From Bdellovibrionales bacterium (lineage in GTDB: Bacteria; Bdellovibrionota; Bdellovibrionia; Bdellovibrionales; UBA1609): DNA of 32,000 nucleotides. The stretch is taken from NCBI GenBank assembly GCA_965247685.1, contig OZ252021.1, positions 1,200,001 to 1,232,000 of the forward strand, written 5' to 3'. Positions 1 to 9,895 of the stretch are shown in pieces. A program made the position numbers and the translations under genes. The notes under the pieces are model-generated. The model made no database searches, was not told the DNA's origin, and was given only the letters and a program-made list of their open reading frames with translations. Each line of letters opens with the position of its first letter. Position 1 is the stretch's first letter.

Positions 1-131
1 AGTGTGGACAATATGATCTACCTTTTTAGAAACTCGTATAGATATTTTAAAAAACATTTTCTATAAAATAGCAAGTAGCTTTTTACGAGAGTTTTACTTT
101 AGGTGCCAATATAATCAAATTAAGAAAATTT

Positions 132-1988
132 CTAGAACAACCAATAAGTACTCTTATAAAAAACCATACTCACAATGTAAGCTAATGCGTTCAGGACAAA
201 TAATTGAAGTAAGGCGAAGGTTGTAGACCCTGTTTCTCTTCGAACAATAGCCGTAGTGGATAAACATTGAAGAGAGATCATAAAAAATAATATCAAAGAA
301 ATAACACTAGCTGGTGTAAATACAGGATCTCCCCTTTTATTCTGAGCCTGCCTCATCTTCTTAAGCAAAGAATACTGAAAAGAACCCTCGTCTTCTTCTT
401 GTGTCATTTGAAATAAGGAAGCAAGAGTAGAAACAAACACCTCTCTTGCTACAAAGGCTGACAGCAGACCTATACCAACTCTCCAGTCCCCTCCAATCTG
501 CTCCACAACAGGTTCAATGACTTTTCCAAACTGACCCGCATAGCTATTTTCTATTTGTTCTTTTTCCACTCCACTTTCATGACGAGGAAAGTTGAGAGCA
601 CACCAAGTCACTAGAGCAAAAACAAAAATTAAAGGACCCGCTCCTTTTACATAGGATTTTGTTTTTCTCCATGCTGAAGAAAGCACGCCTAAAAAAAGAG
701 GGCGACGATAAATGGAAAGCTCCATTACAAAAGGAGGTTTTTGATGATGAGAAGGGACAATCCAGTGGATCACGGCAGCTCCTATACAAGCTAAAACCAT
801 AGAAGCAATGTAGATGACTCCCAGCCATGCTCCAGCCTTCCATGGAGATTCACCATAGAAAAATAAACTGAGGAGCAAGGAATAAACAGGAAGACGAGCC
901 GAACAAGTTAAAAGAGGAATCACAGCAATAACAGCCCATCTTTCCCATCGGGAAGAAATATTACGGGCGGCTAAACAAGCTGGAATAGCGCATGCATAGC
1001 CTGCTAAGAAAGGAATAAAAGATCTTCCACTTAATCCTATCTTAGAAAATAAGGCATCCACTAAAGAAGCTGCACGAGATAAGTAACCGCTATCCTCTAA
1101 GATACAAATTCCTGCAAATAAGATAAAAATTTGAGGTACAAAAACAAGAACAGCAGCAAAACTGGTGACAACACCTTGCGAAAGAAAATCAACCCATAAG
1201 GAAGGACCCAGTGTTTGGATACGTTCGGATAAGAAAGAAAAACTCACATCAACAATATTCATTAAGGGAGCTGCCAACCAGAAAATAGATGAAAATAAGG
1301 TCATCATAATCACTCCAAAACTCAACACACCTATGATAGGGTGAAGTAAGAAACGATCCACTTTTTGCGTCCATTTTTGCTTAGAAATCTCAAGAGAAAA
1401 AAACTTTTTTACAATTTCATCTGTTTTTCTAAAAAAATCATCTTGTAAAGCAGAGATTTTTTCTAAATTGAATGAAAGAGGATGAAACTCCTTATTCATC
1501 TTTTCTTGAACTTGTCGAGTCAGCTCTAAAACACCTTGTCCTAATTTCCCTTCTATAGGGCAAACTACTAGATCGATCTCTTGAGATAAAGCCTGAATAT
1601 GAGGTCTCTTGGATGCGGGAATGAGATCCATCATTGTCAGAGCAATGATCACTTGAAATCCTGCTTCTTTAAGCTGCAAAGCAAGTGGCAGTTGACGATG
1701 GACTCGCAACGCATCCACAGTGACAACAATAACAGAGGAAGGATTTTCAAATAAAATGCGAGAAGAGATTTCTTCACTGGGTGTTTTTGGAAATAAACTA
1801 TAAATGCCAGGAGTGTCGATCACTTCACTTTCTAAATTATATGAGCGAAGCAGTCTGCCTTTGAGGTAGTCCACAGTCGAGCCAGAATAATTCATCACAC
1901 GAGCTTTGTAGCCTGTAAGCCAATTAAACAAAGTGGTTTTACCACTATTAGGAGGCCCAATAAGAATAATATTATTTGAAGAGGGCAT
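132..1988 (-). CDS. feoB: Ferrous iron transporter FeoB (N-terminal G-domain fused to polytopic permease)
   Basis: 618-aa ORF. It has an N-terminal P-loop (GPPNSGKTTLFN), a G3 motif (DTPG) and TMMD at the G4 position, followed by many hydrophobic helices. It lies 3 nt downstream of feoA. Confidence 0.95.
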   Translation of the reverse strand: MPSSNNIILIGPPNSGKTTLFNWLTGYKARVMNYSGSTVDYLKGRLLRSYNLESEVIDTPGIYSLFPKTPSEEISSRILFENPSSVIVVTVDALRVHRQLPLALQLKEAGFQVIIALTMMDLIPASKRPHIQALSQEIDLVVCPIEGKLGQGVLELTRQVQEKMNKEFHPLSFNLEKISALQDDFFRKTDEIVKKFFSLEISKQKWTQKVDRFLLHPIIGVLSFGVIMMTLFSSIFWLAAPLMNIVDVSFSFLSERIQTLGPSLWVDFLSQGVVTSFAAVLVFVPQIFILFAGICILEDSGYLSRAASLVDALFSKIGLSGRSFIPFLAGYACAIPACLAARNISSRWERWAVIAVIPLLTCSARLPVYSLLLSLFFYGESPWKAGAWLGVIYIASMVLACIGAAVIHWIVPSHHQKPPFVMELSIYRRPLFLGVLSSAWRKTKSYVKGAGPLIFVFALVTWCALNFPRHESGVEKEQIENSYAGQFGKVIEPVVEQIGGDWRVGIGLLSAFVAREVFVSTLASLFQMTQEEDEGSFQYSLLKKMRQAQNKRGDPVFTPASVISLILFFMISLQCLSTTAIVRRETGSTTFALLQLFVLNALAYIVSMVFYKSTYWLF

Positions 1989-1991
1989 TCT

Positions 1992-2237
1992 CTAAGTGAA
2001 TAAAGAGTTGGAGCTACTGACTTCCAAGCAACGAGCTTCATCTTCTCGAAGGACTAAGCTTTCATTGCCTACAATCACATGAACATTGCGGCTAAAGGGA
2101 AGACGGCCTATTCTTTGAATAGGAACATTTTTTCGAATACCCATTTCATAGAATTTACGACAAATAGAGTCACAAGCTTTAAAGCTTTCGACTCTGCCCT
2201 CTGTGAATACAGGAAAATCAACCAAACAATAATTCAC
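1992..2237 (-). CDS. feoA: FeoA-family small iron-transport accessory protein
   Basis: 81-aa ORF directly upstream of feoB. It has the typical FeoA size and pattern (..KFYEMGIRKNVPIQRIGR.PF...V.VIVGNESLVLREDEARCLEV). Confidence 0.8.
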   Translation of the reverse strand: MNYCLVDFPVFTEGRVESFKACDSICRKFYEMGIRKNVPIQRIGRLPFSRNVHVIVGNESLVLREDEARCLEVSSSNSLFT

Positions 2238-2397
2238 TTTTCAACTCCCTTTGCTTCAATATCATAATTCTACTTTTAGATTCTTTATATTGAAAGTAAA
2301 AGACTAAAGAATATAGACTCGACCCGGAAGCTATCAAGAGCGAGACTGAAAGACTACAAAAACAATAATTTGAGCCCTATTTTAGGAAAAACAATAC

Positions 2398-2416
2398 TCA
2401 AATGATAATCTACTTA
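2398..2416. promoter_or_regulatory. Candidate Fur-box half-site upstream of feoAB
   Basis: AATGATAATC at 2401-2410 matches the central 10 nt of the E. coli Fur consensus GATAATGATAATCATTATC exactly, but only about 11/19 positions match overall. It lies about 165 nt upstream of the feoA start in the divergent feoA/mscS intergenic region. Confidence 0.25.
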
Positions 2417-2535
2417 CCTAGACTTATGGCCTTTTTCTTCTCAAAAAATTCAGTATTTACAATATCTTTCACTTATTTTCATTTTATGCTCCGCATGTTT
2501 TTTATTTAAAAAATCTCATATAACTTTTAAGAGCT

Positions 2536-3609
2536 ATGACTTGGATATATATTTTCTCTCTTGTTGTTTTAGGATGGGGCCTTGCCTCTTTTATTCTTCG
2601 CTCTATCATCCTCCATCTTCCTGGAGTGAAAGCCCACAAGAAGAGACACAAAATCATGTTTTGGTCTCAAAGTGCGTTGTTGGCTTTAACAATATCCGTT
2701 GTTCTCACATTTTCACAACCCTACATAATCAATCAATTTGAAATGTACAAAGGTATACTATTGATTGTTGCAAAATGGATAAAAGGCTTTATTCATATCT
2801 ATTTAGGCGGCAGTATTATTTTTCTCACACATCACAGTGTGGACCCCATATTTGATGGAATACAATCAAGATGGCTCCATCAAGGTTCTTTAAATAAGAA
2901 CATCCTTGTATTGATTAAAAAAATTATAAGCTTCTTGATTGTGATTACAGGAGGACTGCTGTTAGTTCAAAACTTAGGTTACAATATTACATCTCTTCTA
3001 GCAGGCTTAGGAATAGGTGGTGTTGCTATCGCATTAGCTGCTAAAGACACTATTTCTAATTTTTTCGGATCGCTTGTTATTCTTCTCGATCGACCTTTCG
3101 TTATAGGAGACTGGATACAATTCAATGAGACAGAAGGTACAGTCGAATCTATAGGATTTCGCTCCACTCAAATTAAAACTTTTTATGACTCGGTGATTTC
3201 TGTTCCTAATTTTATTGTGGCCAATGCCCAAATTGATAATTTAAGAAAAAGAAAGTACAGGAGAACACGATTCACATTGGGGATCAATTATGCAACAAAG
3301 TCAGAAAAAATTAAAATCTTTGTAGACGGTATCAAGAGTATTATTCAAAACCATGAAAAAACTAAAAAAAACCACTATCAAGTTTCTTTTTCTGGGTATG
3401 CAGATTCTAGCTTGAATATTTTTGTGAATATATTTTTGAAAGCTCAGAATTGGAATGAAGAGTTGGAAATTCGACAAGAAATCTTTTTATCTATTTTAGA
3501 ATTATCTCACAAACTGAATGTGGAGTTTGCCTTTCCAAGTCAAAGTTTGTACATTGAAAACATAAAAAATGCTTCCCAAAAAGAGTTTTCATTTGAAGAA
3601 CAAAATTAG
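2536..3609 (+). CDS. Small-conductance mechanosensitive channel (MscS family)
   Basis: 357-aa ORF with several N-terminal TM helices. The pore-helix to beta-domain signature is present: LLAGLGIGGVAIALAAKDTISNFFGSLVILLDRPFVIGDWIQ..EGTVESIGFRSTQIKTFYDSVISVPN. Confidence 0.9.
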   Translation: MTWIYIFSLVVLGWGLASFILRSIILHLPGVKAHKKRHKIMFWSQSALLALTISVVLTFSQPYIINQFEMYKGILLIVAKWIKGFIHIYLGGSIIFLTHHSVDPIFDGIQSRWLHQGSLNKNILVLIKKIISFLIVITGGLLLVQNLGYNITSLLAGLGIGGVAIALAAKDTISNFFGSLVILLDRPFVIGDWIQFNETEGTVESIGFRSTQIKTFYDSVISVPNFIVANAQIDNLRKRKYRRTRFTLGINYATKSEKIKIFVDGIKSIIQNHEKTKKNHYQVSFSGYADSSLNIFVNIFLKAQNWNEELEIRQEIFLSILELSHKLNVEFAFPSQSLYIENIKNASQKEFSFEEQN

Positions 3610-4627
3610 GAAATTGTTTACTCATATATCACTATGGTTGTGGAATCAGTTGAAAAAAATTGACACCGCAAGCTTGTCTCAAAAACTATCCACCTTTTTT
3701 TCCCGTTATAGTTCTTGGATTATTGTGGCTTTGGTGTCACTAGCTTTAGCGGATATCACCTTGCTTTTTATTTGGCCTTCTTTACTCCCTTCCAAGGGTA
3801 TTAAGAACTCTGCACTTCCTGTTCAAGTGACTCGAAGTCAAACGCTTTCTCCTGTAGATTTTTTACATACAGCTAATATTTTTCATCCAGGCCCTATTCC
3901 TCTTTCCCTAAAAGAAGATCAAGAGGACTCCTTTTCATTAGAAACTCCTCAATCTGAATCTAGTTTATCTAATTTACCTTTTCAACTTTTAGGGACTATT
4001 GAGAGCATGAATCCTCAACGTTCTATGGCATCTATTCGCATCTCTTCTACCGAACCCACACTGTCTTATTTTGTGGGAGATGAAATTGATGGAAAAGCTC
4101 GTATTACCATTATTGAAAGACGGCATGTAAAGTTTATTAATTTGCTGAACAATCGTTTAGAGCATATTGAAATTCCATTGGATTACAAATTACAAATGAC
4201 CACTGTTGAACCGGATAACGACATTAGGGAAGAAGAAGAAGAGAAAACAAAACCTACGATCGAAGGTGTATCTCAAATAGACACAAATAAATATGAGGTG
4301 ACTCGCTCTGTCATTAATAATCACATTAGAAATCTTCCTGATATACTACAACAAGCTCGTGTAGAGCCTAAAATCGATCCAGACGGCCGTCTTGTTGGTC
4401 ATGAATTTCAATGGATCAAAAAAGGAAGCATCTACGAAAATTTAGGATTTAAAAAAGGAGACACTCTCATCTCCATTAATAATAAGAAAGTCAATAATGA
4501 AATGGAAGCACAACGACTTTTTCAACAATTTAGAACTTCTAGTCAATTTTCTATAAAAATCCAGAATAAAAATGGTCAAGAGCGTGAATTATCCTATAAC
4601 ATAGACGAAGATACTTCAATAGAATAA
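3569..4627 (+). CDS. gspC: T2SS inner-membrane protein GspC (TM + HR domain + C-terminal PDZ)
   Basis: It has an N-terminal TM helix (WIIVALVSLALADITLLFIW) and an HR-like segment (LQLLGTIES...ASIRIS...YFVGDEIDGKARITIIERRHVKF). The C-terminus is PDZ-like (IKKGSIYENLGFKKGDTLISINNKKVNN). It lies directly upstream of gspD. The ATG at 3569 overlaps mscS by 41 nt, and an in-frame TTG at 3614 is an alternative start. Confidence 0.8.
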   Translation: MLPKKSFHLKNKIRKLFTHISLWLWNQLKKIDTASLSQKLSTFFSRYSSWIIVALVSLALADITLLFIWPSLLPSKGIKNSALPVQVTRSQTLSPVDFLHTANIFHPGPIPLSLKEDQEDSFSLETPQSESSLSNLPFQLLGTIESMNPQRSMASIRISSTEPTLSYFVGDEIDGKARITIIERRHVKFINLLNNRLEHIEIPLDYKLQMTTVEPDNDIREEEEEKTKPTIEGVSQIDTNKYEVTRSVINNHIRNLPDILQQARVEPKIDPDGRLVGHEFQWIKKGSIYENLGFKKGDTLISINNKKVNNEMEAQRLFQQFRTSSQFSIKIQNKNGQERELSYNIDEDTSIE

Positions 4628-4659
4628 GATAAGGTTTTGAAAACAAGGATGTCCATGAA

Positions 4660-6894
4660 ATGAAAATTTTATTCCAAACAATTTCGATTCTGATGTGCAG
4701 CCTTTTTTCTATATCTGAAGCTTCAACTAAAATTTTTAAGGGAAAAGTTTCAGGGCAAACTTTAAATGAATCTTCCATTGAAGAAATTGATTCAGAAAAT
4801 TTTCCAGACAAAATTAAAAGCTTTGATTACCCTGATGCAGAAATTATAGATGTTGTAAAAGCAATGAGTCAGCTGACGGGACTTAATTTTATTGTGGATC
4901 CCAGTATCAAAAACAAAGTCAGTATCATTGCTCCTTCTGAAATTACTGTAGCAGAGGCTTTTCAGGCTTTTCTTTCTGCTCTAGCCATTAATGGATATGC
5001 TATCGTTCGCAGTGGAGCTTTTTGGAAAGTTGTCCCCGCTGAAAAGGCATCTAGAGATAATGTACGGGTTTACAAAGGAGAGTATTTTCCAGATGCTGAT
5101 CAGTACATTACTAAAATTATTAAGATCAAACATGCGAGTGTCAAAATTTTAGAAAAGGAGATTAAACAATTCCTTTCCAAAGAAAGTAAATCTATGTTTT
5201 ATGAAGAAGCCAACACCATTATACTCAGTGATTATGGATCTAACATTGAAAAAATCACTCAAATTCTCAGAGAGTTAGATGTTCCTAATGTCCATAACCT
5301 CGTAGAAGTCATCCCTATTATTTATGCCCCTGCTGTCGATCTGACGAATAAAATTAATATGCTCATTCAACCTCGATTTTCTTCTGCTTTATCTCGTAGA
5401 TCAGGCCGTCCTGGGAGTAATCTTGTAAAATCATCAAAAGATATCAACGCTACAGGGGTGTCCGCTTTAATTCCAGATGAGCGAACTAATTCCATTATCA
5501 TATCAGGAACTCAAAAAGGAATTAATAGAATAAAAAAATTAATACAAAAACTAGATTCTGAATTTGATACTCAAACTTCAGGAGGTATTTTTGTTTATTA
5601 TGTGAAATATGGAATAGCGGAAGACATTGCAAAAACACTCAATGAAATACTCCAACCAAAATCCTCTTCAAACAACAAAAACAGAGCACTCAATTCAAGT
5701 TTTTCTGCTTTAAGAAATTTAATGGGCGGTTCAACTATTCGTGACAATATTCAAATCACTCATGACAATAATACGAACAGTCTTCTCGTTACAGCAAAAA
5801 AACATAGCTTTCAGGCTTTAAAAAAAATTCTAGATAAAATTGATATTCCTAAACATCAAGTCTTTATTAAAACTATTATTATGGATCTGAATGCAGAAAA
5901 TAAATTGAATTGGGATGTCACGACTTACAAATTCTTAGGAAGTAAAAAAGAAGGTATTAGCGGCCTCCTCCCTCGAATTGGTTTCAGTTCTCAAAGTTTA
6001 AAAAGTTTGTTCTTGGAAGCACCTGGCAGAGAGTCTGTTTTAAGTTTTGCAACAGGTTTGATGAATCTATCAGGCCCTCTCCCCGCTTGGTTACCTTCTG
6101 CTTTATCTCAAGGGAAAGGAGGAGAATCATCCAACGTACCTCCCTCTATACAGATCCCTTCTTTGTTGGGATTTGTTAATATTATTAAATCCACAACAGG
6201 TGGAAATATCTTATCAACGCCTCAATTGATTGCAGTAGATAACGAAGAGTCTTTGATTTCTGTAGGTGTCAATGCACCTGTAGGGACAACAGAAACTCTT
6301 AGTGACTTAGGGCGATCGAAAGCTCAAGAAAGGCAAGATATTAATACGGAGCTCAAAATTACACCACGTATTAATCCGGATGGAAATTCTGTTCGACTGA
6401 AGATCGAACAAAAAATTGACTCTATTAATCCAACAACTGTGGGTTCAGATGAGCTTAAAAATTCCGTTACCATCACTAAAAGAAAAATCATCACAAACAT
6501 TATTTTAAATGATCAAGAAACAGCCGTACTAGGTGGACTCATGCATGACGAAGAAGTTGAAGAGAATTATAAAATCCCTCTTCTTGGAGATATCCCTATA
6601 ATAGGGTGGCTGTTTCGTGCTCAAGATTTGAAAAAAGTGAAAAAAAATCTGATCATCTTTATCACTCCTCAAATTATCAAATCTATAGATAACACACGAG
6701 ATATCGTAAAAGATCATATTGATGAACGCATCGATTTTATGCAGAGATTTATGAATAATCCAGAGAGAAATGAACAAGAAATGTACAAAATGCTAGGTCA
6801 ATCTGCTCCTTCTTATTCCTCATCAACCGCCATTCATCCAAAACAAGAAAACGAGGATATGGAAATTTTAGAACCTCCTATGGAAGAAGAGTAA
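4660..6894 (+). CDS. gspD: T2SS outer-membrane secretin GspD
   Basis: 744 aa with a signal peptide (MKILFQTISILMCSLFSISEA) and N-domain repeats (NTIILSDYGSNIEKITQILRELD; NSIIISGTQKGINRIKKLIQKLD; NSLLVTAKKHSFQALKKILDKID). The C-terminal secretin core is present (ILSTPQLIAVDNEES...VLGGLM...IPLLGDIPIIGWLFR....KKNLIIFITPQII). An AAGGA RBS lies 9 nt upstream. Confidence 0.95.
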   Translation: MKILFQTISILMCSLFSISEASTKIFKGKVSGQTLNESSIEEIDSENFPDKIKSFDYPDAEIIDVVKAMSQLTGLNFIVDPSIKNKVSIIAPSEITVAEAFQAFLSALAINGYAIVRSGAFWKVVPAEKASRDNVRVYKGEYFPDADQYITKIIKIKHASVKILEKEIKQFLSKESKSMFYEEANTIILSDYGSNIEKITQILRELDVPNVHNLVEVIPIIYAPAVDLTNKINMLIQPRFSSALSRRSGRPGSNLVKSSKDINATGVSALIPDERTNSIIISGTQKGINRIKKLIQKLDSEFDTQTSGGIFVYYVKYGIAEDIAKTLNEILQPKSSSNNKNRALNSSFSALRNLMGGSTIRDNIQITHDNNTNSLLVTAKKHSFQALKKILDKIDIPKHQVFIKTIIMDLNAENKLNWDVTTYKFLGSKKEGISGLLPRIGFSSQSLKSLFLEAPGRESVLSFATGLMNLSGPLPAWLPSALSQGKGGESSNVPPSIQIPSLLGFVNIIKSTTGGNILSTPQLIAVDNEESLISVGVNAPVGTTETLSDLGRSKAQERQDINTELKITPRINPDGNSVRLKIEQKIDSINPTTVGSDELKNSVTITKRKIITNIILNDQETAVLGGLMHDEEVEENYKIPLLGDIPIIGWLFRAQDLKKVKKNLIIFITPQIIKSIDNTRDIVKDHIDERIDFMQRFMNNPERNEQEMYKMLGQSAPSYSSSTAIHPKQENEDMEILEPPMEEE

Positions 6895-6897
6895 TCT

Positions 6898-8583
6898 ATG
6901 AAGAGCTCCACTTCACTTGATGTTGTTATTTCTAAACTGTCCACACTTTCTCAGGAACAAATTCAATCCATTTTAGAATCCAAAAATTCTAAAGGCCAAT
7001 CGTTGAAAGAAAACTTTAGTCATCGTACTCCGTCTTCTCCAGAAGAGTCTTTATCTTTACTCTGTCAGCACTTAGATGTTCCTTTTGAACACAATATTAA
7101 TGTGAACAATATCCCTCAACACCTCGTTCAAGACATACCTATACATTATGCAAAAAAATATCTCATACTCCCCTACAAAGAAAATGAGAATGAAATTTTT
7201 GTTCTTACGAGCAATCCTTTAAATTTTGATATTTTATCTGACCTTAAATTGAAGTTTCAAAAAAAGATCACACCCATTGTAAGTACAACTCAAAAAATTC
7301 AAGCAGCTATTAATGCTATTTATGAAAAATATACAGGGAACTTAGAAGGTTTAGAAAGTATTCAAGAAGAAGAGTATGATCTAGATGATCCCGTTATTGA
7401 TTTGTTAGATGTAGAAGATGAAGCTCCTGTTATCAAATTGGTGAACACTCTTTTTTTAAGAGCTATTAAAGAACGAGCTTCCGATATACATATTGAACCC
7501 TATGAAAGAGAACTAATTGTCCGCTTTCGTGTTGATGGTGTTTTGTATATTGTATTTAAACCTCCTAAAAGATTACATGGAGCTATTGCTTCTCGAATAA
7601 AGATTATGGCAGATTTGAATATTGCAGAAAAAAGACTTCCTCAAGATGGCCGCATCCCTTTAAAACTTGCTGGAAAAGATATTGATGTACGTCTCAGTAC
7701 AGTTCCGACATCTTTTGGTGAAAGATTAGTTTTGAGGCTACAAGATCGATCTCAAGTTATTTTGAATCTCAATCAACTCGGATACTCTCCAGACAATCTA
7801 TCTGTTTTAATGAACATGATTCATAAAACGCATGGAATTTTATTGGTCACAGGTCCGACAGGAAGCGGGAAATCAACAACTCTATACGCTCTTTTATCTC
7901 ACATGGATACTCAAAAAAGAAATATTATTACTATTGAAGATCCAGTGGAGCAAAGAATTTCTAATATTGGTCAAATTCAAGTGAATCCAAAAATTGGCCT
8001 CACTTTTTCTACAGGACTTCGATCGATTCTACGTCAAGATCCCAATATCATCATGGTGGGGGAGATTCGAGATTTAGATACAATGAAAATTGCTATTAAT
8101 GCTTCTCTAACAGGTCACCTAGTTTTATCCACTTTACACACCAACGATTCTGCAGGTGTGTTTCCTCGATTAATCGATATGGGCTGCGAACCTTTTTTAA
8201 TTGCAACATCTCTTTTAGGTGTAATTTCTCAAAGATTGGTTCGTCTTCTTTGTGAAAACTGTAAAGAAAAATATCACCCTTCTGAAAGTGAAAGAATGTC
8301 TTTAGATAATTTTACACTCGGAAAAAATGAATATATTTATAAAGCTGTAGGATGTGACAAATGTGAACATAAGGGTTATATCGGGCGAACAGCTATACAA
8401 GAACTTCTTATTGTAAATGATGATATTCGAACACATATTATTAAAAGTAGTGATGGGCAGACTATCAAAAAGGAAGCATTGAAACAAGGTATGCTTTCCC
8501 TTCATCAACATGGAATTCAAAAAGTCAAAATGGGGAAAACGACCATCGAAGAAGTTCTCGCTAATACTCAAATCGACTTATAA
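6898..8583 (+). CDS. gspE: T2SS assembly ATPase GspE
   Basis: 561 aa. Walker A is GPTGSGKSTTLYA, the Asp box/Walker B region is IITIEDPVE...IMVGEIRD, and the His box is GHLVLSTLHTND. The tetracysteine motif is CENC...CDKC. The N-terminal domain is T2SSE_N-like. Confidence 0.95.
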   Translation: MKSSTSLDVVISKLSTLSQEQIQSILESKNSKGQSLKENFSHRTPSSPEESLSLLCQHLDVPFEHNINVNNIPQHLVQDIPIHYAKKYLILPYKENENEIFVLTSNPLNFDILSDLKLKFQKKITPIVSTTQKIQAAINAIYEKYTGNLEGLESIQEEEYDLDDPVIDLLDVEDEAPVIKLVNTLFLRAIKERASDIHIEPYERELIVRFRVDGVLYIVFKPPKRLHGAIASRIKIMADLNIAEKRLPQDGRIPLKLAGKDIDVRLSTVPTSFGERLVLRLQDRSQVILNLNQLGYSPDNLSVLMNMIHKTHGILLVTGPTGSGKSTTLYALLSHMDTQKRNIITIEDPVEQRISNIGQIQVNPKIGLTFSTGLRSILRQDPNIIMVGEIRDLDTMKIAINASLTGHLVLSTLHTNDSAGVFPRLIDMGCEPFLIATSLLGVISQRLVRLLCENCKEKYHPSESERMSLDNFTLGKNEYIYKAVGCDKCEHKGYIGRTAIQELLIVNDDIRTHIIKSSDGQTIKKEALKQGMLSLHQHGIQKVKMGKTTIEEVLANTQIDL

Positions 8584-8594
8584 GGAGTTTCAAC

Positions 8595-9854
8595 ATGCCA
8601 AATTATTCATTTGCGGGTGCGAATTCAAAAGGGCGCACTATTCGTGGCACTGTAACTGCAGAAAGTTTGAATGATGCAAAGTCTAAATTAAAATTAGAAG
8701 GTATTGTTGTTACGGATCTTCGAGATGTTTCTCAAAGCACTAGCTCCATTTCTTTTATCCCTAAAAAGAAAGTGGATATCAAAACATTAAGCTTTATGAC
8801 TCACAATTTATCCATCATGCTCAAAGCCGGTATACCTCTAGTGGATGCGATGGATACTCTGATTAAGCAAGCTTCTCACTCTTCTATGCTGGAAGCTTTA
8901 AATTTTATCAAACAATCATTAACGGAAGGAAAAAGCTTCCATCAATCTTTAAAAAAATTTCCTCATGTTTTTAATACTACTTATGTAGCTATGTGTGAAG
9001 CAGGAGAATTATCAGGTACCCTAGACATTGTTCTTCAAAGATTAGCTTTATTCACGGAGGCTCAATCCAGACTGCAAGATAAGGTCCGAACTTCTCTGAC
9101 TTATCCTGCACTCATGTCGATATTTGCATTTTTTATGATTATCTTTTTGCTGACTTATGTGGTTCCTAAAATTCGAATTTTATTTGAAGGAAATGCAGCT
9201 CAAACTCTACCTTGGTATTCTCACATGTTGTTGAATCTGAGTGACAGCATTATTAAAGGATGGATTCCTTTGACCATGTTGTTTGTAGGTATTGTTCTTG
9301 TATTTTGGAGATGGAAAAAAAGCCCTCATGGTCAAAAAACTTGGGATCATTTTTCTTTAAGACTGCCTTTTTTTGGCACCATTATTCGCTCAGTAGCTAT
9401 TTCTAGATTTTCTCGAACTCTCTCCACTTTACTCAAAGGAGGAGTTCCTGTAATGGACGCCTTGGATATTGTGAAAAATGTTGTCAATAATCAAAAATTA
9501 CAAGCTACCATTATGGAAGCAAAAGATCTAATTTCTAGGGGGGAAAATTTGTCCACTCCTTTAATTCAATCCGGAGAATTTCCTCCCATGGTGACTCAAA
9601 TGATTCGAGTGGGCGAAAAAACAGGACATTTAGAACACATGCTGACACAAATTAGTGATACCTATGACAATAAAGTGAGAACAGACTTAGAAACTATGAC
9701 TTCTTTATTAGAACCTTTGATGCTGATTCTAATGGGTGGTGTTATTGCATTTATTGTTTTTGCTACTATTATTCCACTCCTTCAAGTCTACAATATAGAG
9801 GGTTTTACGGGCGGGCTTGAGCGAACCTATCAAACCTTCTCGTTTTTTGTTTAA
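8595..9854 (+). CDS. gspF: T2SS inner-membrane platform protein GspF
   Basis: 419 aa with the duplicated GspF-type architecture. Motifs include LSIMLKAGIPLVDAM.. and LSTLLKGGVPVMDAL.., plus EAGELSGTLD and GEKTGHLEHML. There are three TM segments. An AAGGAG RBS lies 7 nt upstream. Confidence 0.93.
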   Translation: MPNYSFAGANSKGRTIRGTVTAESLNDAKSKLKLEGIVVTDLRDVSQSTSSISFIPKKKVDIKTLSFMTHNLSIMLKAGIPLVDAMDTLIKQASHSSMLEALNFIKQSLTEGKSFHQSLKKFPHVFNTTYVAMCEAGELSGTLDIVLQRLALFTEAQSRLQDKVRTSLTYPALMSIFAFFMIIFLLTYVVPKIRILFEGNAAQTLPWYSHMLLNLSDSIIKGWIPLTMLFVGIVLVFWRWKKSPHGQKTWDHFSLRLPFFGTIIRSVAISRFSRTLSTLLKGGVPVMDALDIVKNVVNNQKLQATIMEAKDLISRGENLSTPLIQSGEFPPMVTQMIRVGEKTGHLEHMLTQISDTYDNKVRTDLETMTSLLEPLMLILMGGVIAFIVFATIIPLLQVYNIEGFTGGLERTYQTFSFFV

Positions 9855-9866
9855 CATAAAGCTTGG

Positions 9867-9895
9867 TTGATTTATGTTCCATTTTTTTGTAATAT
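9867..9895 (+). promoter_or_regulatory. Candidate sigma70-type promoter in the gspF-gspG gap
   Basis: TTGATT (9867-9872), a 17-nt spacer, then TAATAT (9890-9895), about 65 nt upstream of the gspG ATG. This is the only sizeable gap (105 nt) in the operon. Such matches occur by chance in AT-rich DNA. Confidence 0.35.

Noticed and set aside
2402-2509. A 35-codon hydrophobic ORF (MIIYLPRLMAFFFSKNSVFTISFTYFHFMLRMFFI) lies just upstream of mscS.
   Set aside because: It has no RBS, its composition is what poly-T-rich DNA translates to, and it overlaps the putative Fur site and promoter region.
6898-7300. Whether the extended GspE N-terminal domain carries the MshEN-type c-di-GMP binding motif (RLGxxLLxxGxIxxxxLxxxLxxQ).
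   Set aside because: I could not find the motif by eye in the first ~130 residues (no RLG..G core). It is treated as an ordinary T2SSE_N domain.
8645-8660. A sigma54-like element, TGGCAC-N5-CTGCA, near the start of gspF.
   Set aside because: It lies inside the gspF coding sequence with nothing sensible downstream to drive, and it is a single occurrence consistent with chance.
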